Assembly (NCBI GenBank): GCA_964016885.1 | Contig: OZ024756.1 | Span: 31,930,001 to 31,994,000, forward strand | Source of the DNA: Eledone cirrhosa | Taxonomy: Eukaryota | DNA length: 64,000 nt | Direction: 5' to 3' | Shown here: piece by piece, positions 41,355-57,039 of the stretch | Layout of the letters: the number at the start of each line of letters is the position of its first letter | Numbering within the stretch: the first letter of the stretch is position 1 | The notes under the pieces: model-generated | Databases searched by the model: none | Seen by the model: the letters and a program-made list of their open reading frames with translations, nothing else | What the model was told of the DNA's origin: nothing | Translations under genes and position numbers: made by a program

Positions 41355-41990
41355 TACTTCTTACTATCTAACCGGCTCGGACAAAGAGCGTCTGAGGTAT
41401 TCAAAATACAGGACAGCTTGCTCATGAAGTTACGATGCATAAGGTTGGATATTTCACAGAAACGTGTTCCCTTTGCGTAATTCTTCAGGTATATTCTGCG
41501 TGACATTGTATGTGACAAGACAGGTGCTTTGAATTGCAGGTACAAATCGTATGATGCCAGTTGATTATAACAATGTGAATGTAACAACGTGAAAAAGTGT
41601 CCTGCTTATGAACAACGCATTACTGGAGGTCATAGTCACGATCGTGGGTCGTAAACCCTAACCACTAAGTTATACGGCATCACACAATGAAATAGGGTAT
41701 ATAACACAAGTCTCGATGGTAAGTCTTGCTCTGATCGATCAACAATATCCCAGACCTCATTCGCCCGCCGAGTGGGGTGGATCTCGTCAAATCGGACCAA
41801 GGAAACAATGTCACGATTGAACTTTACTATGCTGTTACTATCTACCGGTTGCAAACTCGTTCCAAAAAGAGCAGCGAGGGATAAAGTATCTTGTTCAAGG
41901 ATATAACGCAGCGCCCAGCCCGAGAATCGAACTCGCAATCTCAAGATAGGGAATCGAATTTGGTAATCACTAAGCCACGAACCTTCACTA
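41355..41990 (-). mobile_element. Old tRNA-headed SINE family B, two copies
   Basis: Heads gtgaaggttcgtggcttagtg...gagttcgattc...tccttgaacaagatacttt (41988 downward) and taacttagtggttaggg...ataagcaggacacttt (41680 downward). The body is shared with the 22250 and 30275 copies. Confidence 0.65.
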
Positions 41991-42059
41991 AAGATCTTGA
42001 TATTGCTTCATAATTCTTGATAATGTTTCATAATAACTGATGTTTGATAACTAATTAAT

Positions 42060-42465
42060 GGTTTCTTATATAGGCACACGGCCAGCAATTTGTGACTGGT
42101 GCTTTATTTTATCGAACCCGGAAGGATGAACGGTAAAATTAACCTCGGCGGGATTTGAACTCAGATCACAAAGGGCCGTAAGTCTATGCTGCGAAGCATG
42201 ACGTCCGACCCTCTACCAATACTGCCCTTAAAACTCATGAAAATTAATGGTTTCTTATATAGGCAAAAGGCCAGCAATTTTGGGGGAGGGGAAAGTCGAT
42301 TAAATCTACCCCAGTGCGTGACTGGTACTTTATTTCATCGATCCCGTAAGGATGAAAGGCAAATTTAACCGTGGTGGGATTTGAACTCAGATCATAAAGA
42401 GCCGTAACTCTATGCTGCGAAGCATGACCTCCCACCCTTTACCGATACTGCCAATCCACCTTCCT
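42060..42465 (-). mobile_element. Two tandem SINE A copies
   Basis: 42060-42228 and 42249-42465. Confidence 0.9.
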
Positions 42466-43373
42466 TAATAATTCATGATAATTAATGTTAATTCAACAAG
42501 ATAATGAATAATGTTAATTCCACTGTCACTTTATTTAAAGCAGCAAATTATACATTAGAACACACGTACACACGGATACACACATGCACAGAGAAACATG
42601 TAATTACAATACGAACACACAGAAACACACACACACACTTACGTAAATCACTGAACACACACATATAACGACACAACGAACTGCACAAATACAGACACAT
42701 AGACATAGGCATACATACATACTCTCACAGGTAATTACATAAATATACACACATACAAACACAGACACGTAAATCACTGCACACACAAACATACACACGC
42801 ACACACACACACACAAACACACACACATACACGAACACAATAAAAAAAACCACAAGCACAAAAACAACCAAAAATAGACACACACACACACACACGCACA
42901 CACACACACAACGAAAGACACACATGCACACAACCAAATACAGTTAGACACACACACTCACAAACACAACGAAACATACAACCAAACATAAACACTGCGT
43001 AAAACAGACAGACACACAGACTCACAGACACAACCAAAAACACAGTGATAAAGATAGAGATGCAGAGAGGCAGAGGGAAATAGAGAAACAGAGAGAAAGA
43101 GAAAAAGAGAGAGAGAAAGGGAAATAGAGAAAGAGAGAGAAAGAGAAAAAGTGAGAGAGAGAGAAAGAGAGGAAGAGAGAGATAGTGATAGAGAGAGTCT
43201 AAGGGAAATAGAGAAAGAGAGAAAAAGAGAGGAAGAGAGAGAGAGAAAGGGAAATAGAGAGAGAGAGAGAATGAGAGGAAGTGAGAGAGATAGAGAGATA
43301 GAGAGAGAGAGAGAAAGAGATAGAGAGAGACAAAGGGAAATAGGGAAAGAGAGAGAAAGAGAGAGAGAGAGAA

Positions 43374-43407
<34 letters not shown>

Positions 43408-43902
43408 TGTGTCTGAGCAAAAGAGAGAGAAAGAGAGAAAGAAGACACACAGACGTATGTACAAACAAAAAAACGAACATAGAGAAATAAAATTATAATT
43501 ACGCAAACTTTTTGAAACTACGACGCTATTATAGAAAATAAATTCCACGAGCGCCGTCCCCATTGTAATATTAATAAAAAGTCTTACACTGAAAATTAAA
43601 CTTTAATTAAAAAAAATATTTAAATCATTTATTGAATAACCAAATATGACATTTTTACGAGCAGCTTCTAATTTGTTCTCTTTGCTCCTCCCTTCCTTCA
43701 TCAATCTTAATATTCTAACCACCCTTTACTACTCCTCCGGCTTACTATACCTCTTTTACTCCTCCCACTGCTCCCCAGAGGAGGATAAGGGGTGAGGTAA
43801 TGACATTTTCCGAACCACTGCTCTAAACGGTTAATATCAACAAAACCCTACCATTCAGCAAAGATAACCAACCTCACTACAAACCAACCAGAAACTAAAG
43901 TC

Positions 43903-44113
43903 ACCACGAGCTTAGAAGGAACTGCTCAACGTGGTCACTTGACCTGCTAGGAGACATAACAAATCTCCCTCGAATCACTGCTCACAGTAAAGACCATGTT
44001 AGATATTGACCACGACCACGAGCTTAGAAGGAATTTCTCAACGTGGTCGCTTGACCTGCTAGAAGACATAACAAATACATCTCCTTCGAATCACTGCTCA
44101 CAGTAAAGACCAT
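43903..44113. repeat. ~112-bp tandem duplication inside an old interspersed repeat
   Basis: accacgagcttagaaggaa...gaatcactgctcacagtaaagaccat occurs twice. Confidence 0.85.
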
Positions 44114-44289
44114 ATGAAATATAATGAAGAACTGGGTATGCCACCAATACAAAGATGGGATGGTCACGGCTAAAATTCTTTTGATATTATCTTTGCTTGA
44201 TCAGAGTTGATTTAGATCTAAACAAGTACCACCGTCTCCAAACAATACAACGCCGCCCATTAAACACAGCCAAACAATAACTTTTATAC

Positions 44290-45390
44290 AGCCACCACCC
44301 ATCAAACCACCACCACAGCAACGACAGCAACAACAACAACAGCAATCAACTTTCAACCAACAACGACTAACACCAAGTATTAGTCACGAAGTCGACGACA
44401 ATCACCACCACCACTATCACCACCACCACCACCAACAACAACAATAACAACAACACCAATTAAACACCACCACCACCACCACCACCACAACTACTACTAT
44501 AGTTACCAATTATAACAATCATCAAAAGTATCAACTACTATAACCACCATCACCAACCGCCATCACTCACCACTATCAAAACTACTACAACCAAACACCA
44601 CTACGACCACAACCATCACCAGCCATCGCAACCAGCAATACTACCACCACTACCATTACTACAACCAACCACCAACCACCAACCACCAACCATCACCACC
44701 AACACCATCATCACCAACCACCAGCATCAACTTCACAAACCACCATCACCACTACCACCTCAACAGACCACGAGCCACCACTACCAAACACTACTACCAC
44801 CACAACCCTCACTATCCATCGCAACCAAGAAAAATACCACCACTAACATTACTACAACCAACCACAACAACCACCAACGGCACCACTACCAACCGCCACC
44901 ACCACCACCACTACCATCACCGCCAGCCACCAACGTCACCTCCTCAAACCACCACTAACCACCTGAACAGAGCATGAGCCACCACAACCAGCCAACCATC
45001 CAACCAACGACTACTACACCCACTAGCAAAGTCTAGTAACCCGCCATTAAAAATTCAGCCACTCTACCACTCAACCACCCAACCACTCAACCATCCAACC
45101 ACTCAACCACTCAGCTACCCAAGCACACAACCACCCAACCACTCACCCACCCAACCACCCACCCAACCAACCACTCAACCACTCAACCACTCAACCACCC
45201 ACCCAACCAAGCACTCAGCCACTCGACCACTCAACCACTCGACCACTCAACCACTCAACCACTCAAACACCCAACCACTCAACGACTGAGCTACTCAACC
45301 ACTCAACCACCGAACTACCCAACCACCGAACTACCCAGCCACCCAACCACTTAACCACCCAACCACCGAACCACTCAACCACCGAACCAT
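44290..45390. repeat. (ACC/AAC)-rich low complexity grading into an 8-bp (ACCACTCA)n repeat
   Basis: Direct. Confidence 0.9.
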
Positions 45391-45720
45391 CTACTCTACA
45401 TTACACCCACAATAACGTTGATGGCCAACAAGGATGACTAACTTTGAACCTTTACCAAGTGAGAATAAAGAGTGGAAGATGTTCGCCTAACACAGTAATG
45501 AGGTCTTGGAAAGCAGTATTGTAGTGTGGTCCTATGACAACTGGTTTGTAAAGTGTAATTCTTCACGCTACATTCACGTTGGTGTTGTACAGCTAGGCAA
45601 CCGTGAACCTTTAATTACGGCAAACAGACAAAACCTGATCAGTCGGCCTGAAAATCGAAAGTTGTGTTATCTAATGAAGCGTTGCTATTGTTTTCTCTAT
45701 CTCTCTTTTTCTTTCTTTCA

Positions 45721-45784
<64 letters not shown>

Positions 45785-46348
45785 ATCTCTGTCTCTCATC
45801 TCTCCCTCTTTATTTCACTTTATTTCTCTTTATTTCTCTTCATTTATCTCTCTCTCTTCACACCTCTCTCTCTCCTCATCTCCCTGCTCATGTCTATCTC
45901 CCCCTTCATCTCTCTCTCTTTATTTCTCTTTAATTATCTCTCTCCAACTCTTCCTTTCTCTGTCTCTTTCTTCCTCTCTCAATCTGCTTCCCTTCTCTCC
46001 CTTTATCTCATTCTCTCTCTTTGTCACATACACCCTCTCTCTCTTACACACATGTGCTCTCTCTCTCACACACATGTGCTCTCTCTCTCTCTCACGCACA
46101 TGCGCTCTCTCTCTCTCATACACACAATCTCTCTGTCTCTCACACAGATACACAATCTCTCTCACTGTCTAACACACACACATTCTCTCTCTGTCACACA
46201 ATCTCTCTCTCTCATACATACACACTCTCTCTCTTTCACACATTCACACACACAATCTTTCTCTCACACATACACACACACACTCTTTCTCTCTCTCACA
46301 CACACACACTCTCTCTCTCTCTCTGACACGCATATACACTCTCTCGCT

Positions 46349-46426
<78 letters not shown>

Positions 46427-46470
46427 TTCTCTCTCTCACACACACACACTCTCTCTCTCTCTCTCACACA

Positions 46471-46523
<53 letters not shown>

Positions 46524-47359
46524 ACACACACACACACACATACACTCTCTATCTCTCTCTTTCTCTCATAAACTTAGTTATCAAATTTTTATTTATTTTG
46601 TTCCCATCGCTACTTCGTTTCAACCTCCTTCTTCTCCTTCTCCACCTACTCCTCCTCCCTCTCACATGCATCTCTCCCCGCCACCCCTTCACTTAATTTC
46701 CTCTTTATCCCTCCCCCCTTCACATTCTTCTCAATTCAGTCTTTGATCACCCTCCCCACCACCTTTCTTATTACTCCTCATCTCAAATCCTTCCCCCTCC
46801 TCCTACACCTCTTATCCCCCCTCCTCCTCCTCCTCCGCTCATTACTCTTCTATTTCCTCACACCTTAACTCTTTCTCTCCCTCTCCTCATTCAGACCACC
46901 CTCTTTCCTACACGCCTCAATATATCCATGCCTCTATTCCCCCCTCTCCCGCCTCCCTCTCCCGCCTCTCTCTCTCTTTCTTTTTAAAACAGTCTCTCCC
47001 TCACACTTTCCTCCTGTTGCACCCTCCCATCGTTTCTATCTTCTTTTCTCTTTCTTCCTCTCCCTCTCTTTGTCTCCTTCCCTGTCTCTTTCTCTCTCTT
47101 TATTCTTTACCCCTTTCCTCATTCTATCTCACTTTCTCACTCCTTCCAACTCTCTTTCTTTTTTTTGTTGTTTTTTCTTTTAATTAAAAAAATTTACATA
47201 TTACCCTATCACCCGGCGTCGAAGACTACTTTTTTCCTAGAATAAGTCTCAAAAATCTACCATGCGTCCTGGAGGCCAAATGTTGTTTATTACTTTTTTT
47301 CAAATTTTTGGTTGTAAAAATTAGTGTGTATCCATCTCACTCCCTTCCTTCCACAACTC

Positions 47360-47496
<137 letters not shown>

Positions 47497-47510
47497 ATAT
47501 ATATTATATA

Positions 47511-48200
47511 TTAGGTTGTTCCGAAAATAATGGCCGATTTCAGAAACATAATTTTATTCTGGAATTAACAACAGAAATTAACAACAGAAATGTTTTGATT
47601 AGTCAAAGTATGAGCTGTGAACATCTATACATCTCTGCCTATTGACTATTCGGTCAAGAAAAGAATCATTGGTGTTTCGCAGAATGAGCATCGAGCACAC
47701 TTCAAAACGCTGAACTTTTTGAATTTCATTGAGCTCATGCGGTACCCAGTTATCGAGCTTTTTCACCTTACCAATCTTCGGCAGAGGGCGTGAGACCGTT
47801 GCAATACCGACACCAAGTGCCTGAGACATTTCTCTGACACTTTGACGTGGGTTTTCTTCAACAATTGCTTTCAATTGTTCATTGTCAAAACTGTATGACC
47901 GTCCTCTACCTTCTTCATCTTCAAGGCTCTCATCATCACTACGGAATTTCTGAAACCAACTTCGTACTGTGCGATCACTTGTGCTCTGTTGATATTGGCA
48001 GCTGTTTGGGAGGCATTGTGCCCAAGCTTGAACTCATGTAAGAAAGGTAAGCGAAGGTCTTTTTTTGTCATGTTCATAATTAATGGCGGCTATGCTTCAA
48101 GTATGTTTTCTGTCTGAAATAAGTAGAACATTATTAAAGAGCATACATCAATTATTAAGTATGTCGAAATTCATCTAAAATATGATTAAAATACTGTGAT
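47511..48200 (-). mobile_element. Internally deleted mariner transposon
   Basis: TA+TTAGGTTG TIR at 47511. Frameshifted transposase N-terminus LHEFKLGHNASQTAANIN.../LKAIVEENPRQSVRE...WVPHEL...FLDRIV; the catalytic domain is deleted. Confidence 0.9.
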
Positions 48201-49303
48201 AAAATTTCGTTTATATAGAGAGAGGAAATAGATAGAGATAGATAGATATATATAGAAAAATATGTAGTTGGACATCCGTTGAGTAAACGTATCAATGATA
48301 CATTTATTTATTTATTTATTTATTTAGCTCTAGTATTAATGTAAGGGAGATATATGTGGTTAGGAGAGAAACCAGCTGTTATATAGAGAGAAAAATGAAA
48401 AGTAACCAGACATAGGCGAGGCATAAAAACCCTATGTTTTAATGTAGAAGTATTAATATGTATAAAAACCAGGCACTATTTTGAAAATATCAGTATTCCT
48501 GAATGAGACACGTATCCATAATGTGTGAAAAGTAATGATCTTATGTTTAGTTTTAAAAAATTCATATGTTTATATGATAACTACAAACATCGATGTGAAT
48601 TTACATGATCAACTCTGCAAACCCTAGGTTACCACGGAAAACATTCTCATTGTGCTATAAAAATTTAAGTATACACATATGTGTATATATATACACATAT
48701 ATATATAGAGTCTATATTACTACTATTCTTGTCTTTACTCTACAAGATTATCTATCAAGCAGAAATAGAGAGCAGATTTCAATATATTAATAAAAATATA
48801 TCAGAAACAAAAACCAAAAAACAACAATAATAATAATAATAAATAATAATAAAATAGAAAACTAAAAAATATTACGAAAAAATATTACATATTAAAAATA
48901 TTACATATTAAAAATAAAAATATTAGAAAATACTACAATAATAAAAATAAAAATAAACCACAAAGATCAACCCTTCAAAATTAATTGACAATATATTGCC
49001 AAGTTCATTATAAGCATCAGAGTCGAAAACAGATAAAGCTAAAAATTATTTATCAAATCGCATCTAGCAAAAATCATATTTTTTCTCTCTTTCTTTCTTT
49101 CTGTTTACAATTTTTTCACTGCCAATTCAACTTTTCAAATACAAGTCGATGTTGTACGGTATGTCAAATCTATTTATCTATAAAACTGTTTATATTGTAT
49201 TTTGTCTGAGGAAGGCATAGCATATTGTTAATATGATATCCCTGAAATATATATAATGAAATAAATATGGTTTTATAAATATAGTTTCCATTTATTTAAT
49301 ATC

Positions 49304-49353
<50 letters not shown>

Positions 49354-49861
49354 GTATATATATATTTTTTTTTTTCTGAACCTGATTAGTTTTATCGTTC
49401 CTTTGGTATATGTTGTGTGTTAGTTTAGCCTACCACAATGTTCGATTTGTCAAGCTATTTAAACGTATGTTATAACTCTGAGACCTAACTTATCGAGTGC
49501 TTTGCTAACTCATCATTTCATATAAGTAGGCCGAATTTACTTGCAAGCCGCCAGAGATTCAATTTTACTGATTTCCAATTATATATATATATATAGACAT
49601 TTCCGACGGAATTACTTCATTTATATATATATATAAAAACAACCGCGTGGTTATATCCCTAGTGACTTCGCTTTAGAATTAGTTGCACAACAAATTAGCA
49701 AACCATACACGCGGGATACGTTTCAACGAACGGATTTCCAACCCGTGTATAGGCTACACGTTAAAGATCCGTTCGATGAAACGCACGTCCTCAAATACTA
49801 TTTGGTAATTTGTAGAACTAACAATCTCTCTAACCTATCTCTATCTTTCTCTTTCTCCCTC

Positions 49862-49918
<57 letters not shown>

Positions 49919-49970
49919 CTATATATATATATATATATATTCGTATATACATAGGTACACACACACACAG

Positions 49971-50006
<36 letters not shown>

Positions 50007-50034
50007 GTATATACATAGGTACACACACACACAG

Positions 50035-50089
<55 letters not shown>

Positions 50090-50155
50090 AAAAAAAACAA
50101 GATGGCTTAGGACAGAACAAAGGAGAGGCACAAAATCAAAGAAAAGAATCCCCAG

Positions 50156-50197
50156 TCACTGAAGAGGTCACAGAATGTGTGACAAAAGAACTTTGAC
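50156..50197 (+). ncRNA. Decayed hammerhead
   Basis: gtca-CTGAAGA-ggtcac.agaatgt.gtgac-aaaagaactt-tgac; the GAAA box is damaged. Confidence 0.4.
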
Positions 50198-50279
50198 AAT
50201 ATATGAACAATCGTCTGGTTGTGGAACCAACCAACCAACCGGAAATTTATAAATTCCTAAATTTATAAATTTAATTTAT

Positions 50280-50457
50280 AATTGTTTCTACTTTAGGCAC
50301 AAGGCCAGCAATTATTCCAGTGCATTACTGGTACTTTATTTTATCGACCCCGTAAGGATGAAAGGCAAAGTTAACCTCGGTGGGATTTGAACTCAGATCA
50401 TAAAGGGACGTAACTATGCTGGAAAGCATGGCGTCCGACCCTCTACCGATACTGCCA
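50280..50457 (-). mobile_element. SINE A
   Basis: Family motifs. Confidence 0.9.
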
Positions 50458-50688
50458 GTGAAAGCAACTGGTGCGTGTGTTTCTTATTGGCAACATGACC
50501 CCCCCCCCAAAGTATAACAATATATATATATATGTATATAATTCTTTGTACTGCTTTCCTCATTTGCATTTCTTTTCGATTATCTAAACATTCCACTGAT
50601 GTGATTAAGGAGCCTTTAGGGAACTAACAGGAAGAACTAAAATAATAAAAAAAGACTAATCAATCATAGATAGTACACTTAGAATTGA

Positions 50689-50778
<90 letters not shown>

Positions 50779-50793
50779 GTATATGTATGTATA

Positions 50794-50892
<99 letters not shown>

Positions 50893-50964
50893 GTATGTGT
50901 ATATATGTATATATATATATTATATATATATATATATATACATTCATACATATATATATATGTA

Positions 50965-51037
<73 letters not shown>

Positions 51038-51356
51038 ATATAGGTCTTGTGACATTTTCTCGTGTGTAGATAAGTCCTATTATTGTGAAACAAATGTATG
51101 TGTTCTTTAATTCTGATATTAGTATTTTTACTTCTTATCTCTTTCTACGACCTTGATAATTTCCATTTGACTTAGTTCTTTCAACTAATCAACTACAGTT
51201 GAAATCTAATTTATTCATGTAGTTATGTTTGATGAACACAAACGATTTGTTAAAGAAGAACGCCAGAGCCAATCTAACTGCTATATTTTTTCAGTCTTTT
51301 ATCTGTAAATTATTTTACTGAGTTCAAGGACGATCGATTTGTTATATGTTATTAGA

Positions 51357-51812
51357 CCCATGTACGTCAATACTCATCCTTTTTTCCATTGAGGTTTTTT
51401 TTTATAAATCCCAACTAACATACCAATTCTATGTACCCAAATACGACGTTAGCACATGTTACTACCTAATTTTCAACTTCGGTAGCCGTTTATAAACAAA
51501 GTCTGCTTTGTGTCTCCCTCCTATATATATATACATATATATACCTGCTATGGTTATATAGCTTCTAATTAAGTGGAAGAAAGCATGGATAGTGTGGTGT
51601 TGTAATGGTAACACATTGGTCTAGCAAACCAAAGATATGGATTCGTGTCCCATGTACGTCAATGCTCGTCCTTTTTTCCATTCAGTGGGTTTTATAAAAT
51701 CCCAACTAACAGACTAATTATAATCATATACAGTCAAATATGGCGAAAGAACATGTTACTACCTAATTTCAACTTCGCTAGCCGTTTGTAAACAGAGTCT
51801 GCTTTGTGTCTC
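51357..51812 (+). repeat. 292-bp tandem unit with a tRNA-like sequence (51591-51661) and T6
   Basis: cccatgtacgtcaat at 51357 and 51649; anticodon arm ttggt-ctAGCaa-accaa. The upstream tatagcttctaatt is shared with 37880(-). Confidence 0.75.
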
Positions 51813-51821
51813 TCTGTTTAT

Positions 51822-51863
<42 letters not shown>

Positions 51864-52529
51864 TTACACATATTTTTTCCCCCCGCTGTTATCCGTCTAT
51901 TTCGTTCTTACTGCTTCCTCTTTCTCTGTATCTTTACCCTCTCTAGCAGTCACTCTCTCTGTTAGCCTATTCCTCACCCTTTACTCACTCATTCTCTGTT
52001 ACTACCTCTCCTCCTCCTCCTTCTTCCCGTTTGACCTGTGCGTAATTCTTTTCTTTCGGACCCTTGGTCTGGCAGGTCGCTTTTTTTCTCTCTCTCGTCT
52101 ACGATTTCACAGAACTTATGTTCACAGAATTCACTGACTAGATTCCTTCTTCCTCCCGTTAGACCTGTACGGAATTCCTTCCTTGCCCACATTCCAACCA
52201 GGTTTGATGGTTTTTATTCTCTCTCGTTCACGATTTCACCGAATTTAAATTCATAGAAATTTGGGACTTGACTCCTTCTTCCTCATTTTTCGTTGCTTCA
52301 CCATCTTTGTTTGTTTACACTCGTGTCCCCTTTATTTACGTGTCCCAACGACTTTTTTTAGCCGTTGTTCGCACCAACCGGAGGTATATGGTCTTTAAAG
52401 CGATGAAATACCAATGATGGTTGGAAGATCACTGATGAAGGACTAACTTTATTCATATATATATATATACATGGAATAGAATGAAACGAAATTTCATTTC
52501 TCACTGTTAGTACGGCACTTACTTAAATG

Positions 52530-53045
52530 TAAGTATGTATGTATACGTGCATACATATATGTATACAGACGTACAGAAGTATGTATATATATACATACAT
52601 GCACACACATATATATATATGCACGTATCGGTTTACCGAACATTTATTATAATGCTCGGTTTGTTTGTTTGTAAACAAACAAACAGCCCGAATTACGCTG
52701 TACAGTGTTTAGGCAACCACGCCACCTTTTTGTTCAATATGTATATACTTTCAGACGTTCAACCATCTGGCAGGAAGGTATACGATGCTGACGATAGCTA
52801 ATAAGCTTGAAACTAGTACACCGTTCCTGTGTCAGTGTTGAACAAAAAGGTCACGTCGTTGCCTAAACACTGTACGGCGTAATTCGGGCTGTTTGTTTGT
52901 TTACAAACAAACCGAGCATTATAATAGATGTTCGGTAAACCGATACGTGCATATATATATGTGTGCATGTATGTATATATATATATACATACTACTCCAC
53001 GTCTGTATACATATATGTATGTACGTATACACACATATATACTTA
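52530..53045. mobile_element. PLE-like terminus fold-back, ~205-bp arms (52530-52737 / 52838-53045)
   Basis: Diverged inverted arms with a hammerhead in the spacer. Confidence 0.8.
52782..52824 (+). ncRNA. Minimal type I hammerhead ribozyme
   Basis: acgatg-CTGACGA-t.agct.aata.agct.t-GAAA-ctag-TA-caccgt; palindromic stem III, GUA triplet. Confidence 0.75.
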
Positions 53046-53762
53046 TATATATACACAATTATATATATATATATACATATATACATATATAATAGGATAA
53101 ATGGCCTTCCAATGGTATTGTCGGTGAGTGTTGCAGTTGTTTGATCCGTGGAAGGCCTACATGGGAAATTAAAGTGGAAATGTCTTAACGTATGTCTCAG
53201 ATTATCGAAACTAACATGCAGGGAGATCTAACCAAGGTACTTATGACTAAAAATCGAGATTTGTAATAATTCGCTACATATATACATAACAAAAACAAAG
53301 AAAACAACAGCAACAACAACAAAAACAATACGACATTTTTAGACATGCTAAAGATAGCAGCCAAATCGCCTTAAAAAATACTACGAAGGGAGAAGTATTT
53401 ATAAAAGTGAATTAAAATCAAAACAAAACTGACAAACCGATAAAGAAATAAAATAGAGACGTAAATATCATAGTTGATATAATTTTGTAAAAAGTTCTGC
53501 TCGGTCAGACCTAGCCTAGGGTTAAATAACAGCAAAAAAAAAAAAAAAATAAAGCCTCCAAACCAACAGAGATTTTTCGCACTTTGAGGAATAATAATAG
53601 CGAAAAACAAAGCATCAATGATAACAGGCTGTGTAGTTACTTTTGTTGTTGTAAGTATTGTTGTTTAGCCCTATCCCTGAAAAGTGTATTTAAATAGTGA
53701 GGCTAATGTTATTTTTTAAATAAAACTTAATGCAAAAACAAGGGAAGATACAAAACACATAC

Positions 53763-53861
<99 letters not shown>

Positions 53862-53945
53862 TGTATATATATGTATATATATATGTATATACATATATAC
53901 ATGCATATATACATATATAGCACTATGTATATATACATACATATG

Positions 53946-54043
<98 letters not shown>

Positions 54044-54450
54044 CACGTATATACTTGCATTTTAGTTTCTCACATTTATTATTTTTACTATATATATATA
54101 TATATATACATACATATATACAAAGGTTTTATTTATGTTTGCACGCAAAACAGCCACAGCGGAGAAGCCCATTAGAAAATCGATTTAATGTGTTAATGTG
54201 ACATGAGTGTGCAGTTTATGATAAGGTCACTGGCTAAGATTGGATAGAAAGTCGTGAGATAAGGGGAGAGAATACCTTAATTATAACTCATCCTCAAAGA
54301 AGACAATATATTTAAGAATGCTGATGATAATGAATGAACAAAGGTCTATTCTCTCTCATTCAAAAATTATTATTTCTCATCGTTATTATCTCCACTTGTT
54401 TTTTTGTGTATATATATCTATATATATATATATATCTATATATCTATCTA

Positions 54451-54511
<61 letters not shown>

Positions 54512-54607
54512 TTATATACACACATTTATGTTTGTATCCTTATACTCAAGCGTGTATGAATGTATGTATGTACGTTCCTATGTATATACATATATATCTA
54601 CATACAT

Positions 54608-54671
<64 letters not shown>

Positions 54672-54729
54672 GAATGTATGTGTGTATGTACATATTTCTA
54701 TGTATATATATATGTATATATATATAATA

Positions 54730-54905
<176 letters not shown>

Positions 54906-55122
54906 TATATATTATATGTATTATATATATATATATATATATAAACACACATTTATGTCACACATACTCTCTCACGTATTTCTACTGAACTAACCTGACG
55001 ATGGGTTATAACATTAACTGATAACAGTTTTATGAGACATCAAATTATTCACGTGTAACATTAGAGTAGAAAACTTCAAACGTATATAACTATATAAGAT
55101 ATATATGTATATATTATATGTG

Positions 55123-55181
<59 letters not shown>

Positions 55182-55233
55182 ACACCAGCGCATAAGTTAC
55201 AAAAGGTATATATCTCTATATATATATATAGAA

Positions 55234-55329
<96 letters not shown>

Positions 55330-55901
55330 TAAATATATATATATATATATACATACATATATATATATAGATATATATATATTTATGTGTATATATGTGT
55401 GTGTGGCCACTGAGGTGATTTTACGTATGCCAGTTACTGTCTATTTATTTTCCTAAATAAATGTTTTCGTTGAAACAGATTTCCTCTTTAACGATACAGG
55501 TTTTTATTTTTCTCCTTCTAAAAACTCTTTTCATTGCTTCTTGATGTTGCAAAAATATAGGAAATATAGGATGAGTCACCTGTAATATCGTAAGAGCGGC
55601 ACTTTAAAAAATGTCAGCAGTGTGGCATTGTTTTATGGGGTATACTTAACCAGCCATAGAGATTTTGAAGTAAGCAACAGTTTATATAATCCGCTCCTTT
55701 GTTTTATAGAGAGAAGCTTGCTAATTTCATTTTCTTCTCATTATTAGTAGTTTTTTTTTGTTTTTGTTTTTTTTTTGTCATCCATGCTTTTACTATCATA
55801 AAGCAGAGTATAGCGTTTTCAGAAATAACATCTGGTGGGATTATAGCTACACAAAATGAGAAATAAAGAGAGGGGACGAGGAATACGAAGAGATTATTAT
55901 A

Positions 55902-56082
55902 TTGGCAGTATCGTTAGAGGGTCGGACGCCATGCTTTCCAGCATAGTTACGTCCCTTTACGATCTGAGTTCAAATCCCGCCGAGGTTGACTTTGCCTTTC
56001 ATCCTTACCGGGTCGATAAACTAAAGTACCAGTAATGCACTGGGTAATTGCTGGCCTTGTGCCTAAAGTAGAAATAATTATT
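55902..56082 (+). mobile_element. SINE A
   Basis: Family motifs. Confidence 0.9.
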
Positions 56083-56940
56083 ATAGAGAAGAAAGAAAAA
56101 ATTCAAGAAAGAAAAAATATATAATAATAAGGAAAGGATGACGGAGGAGGAGTATAAGAAGGAAGGGTGAGAGAACAAAAAGAAAGAGAGTGAAGGAATG
56201 AGAAATAAATTGTGATAGAAAGAGAGAGTAACTAAGCGATAGATAAGACTGGAAGACTGGATGTGGGGAAAATACAGTTTCATTGAAACACAATAATTAT
56301 GACGGTAAAAATAGAATCCAGTAACAGAACTTACAGAAATACCATAACCTACACGAAATCTCTAATCGAAATATTTTCCCTTTAGGAACAGATTTCTTTG
56401 ATAGGAAAACTTCTCAGAGAAAGAATTTTCTGCTAGCAGCAAATATCCTTACGCACGCATTCCTCAAGATAGCATTTCCATAAAGCCATTAAAATATTCC
56501 ATTGAAACTACGATTGTAGAAAACGTAATGGGATAACGACAACCATTGCGTTTGGTGCTAGAAATATTTTGAAGAAAAACAGATTGCAATATTTGCAGTC
56601 TATATCAGTGCAACAGTAGAGTAGCAGAAATATTTTGATAAACCCCGGTTATAGTGATTGTAACGATTGCAATGTTAATGGAGAAGTAATGTGATTGGAG
56701 AGATGGTAGGGGCAAATAGAAATAATAAACGTAAAGCAGGCATTTGCCAATGAAGTTTTAACGCAAACAGACAACCGTATATAGATACTTAAATGTATGT
56801 ATGCATCTATATAAGGTACTCAATACATTAGTAGCGTTGTAAACATCAAATTGAATATAGAACATGGCTTCTACAGAACTAAAACGGTTTCATTCCGGAT
56901 GATCTCTTTCGAATGAAATAGTTTTAGTCTTGCAGAAGCC

Positions 56941-57036
<96 letters not shown>

Positions 57037-57039
<3 letters not shown>

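Noticed and set aside
41321-41587. 88-aa ORF with an apparent acceptor near 41605
   Set aside because: The sequence is the SINE B head and body.
54996-55050. CTGACGA box
   Set aside because: No matching stem II, GAAA or stem III found.
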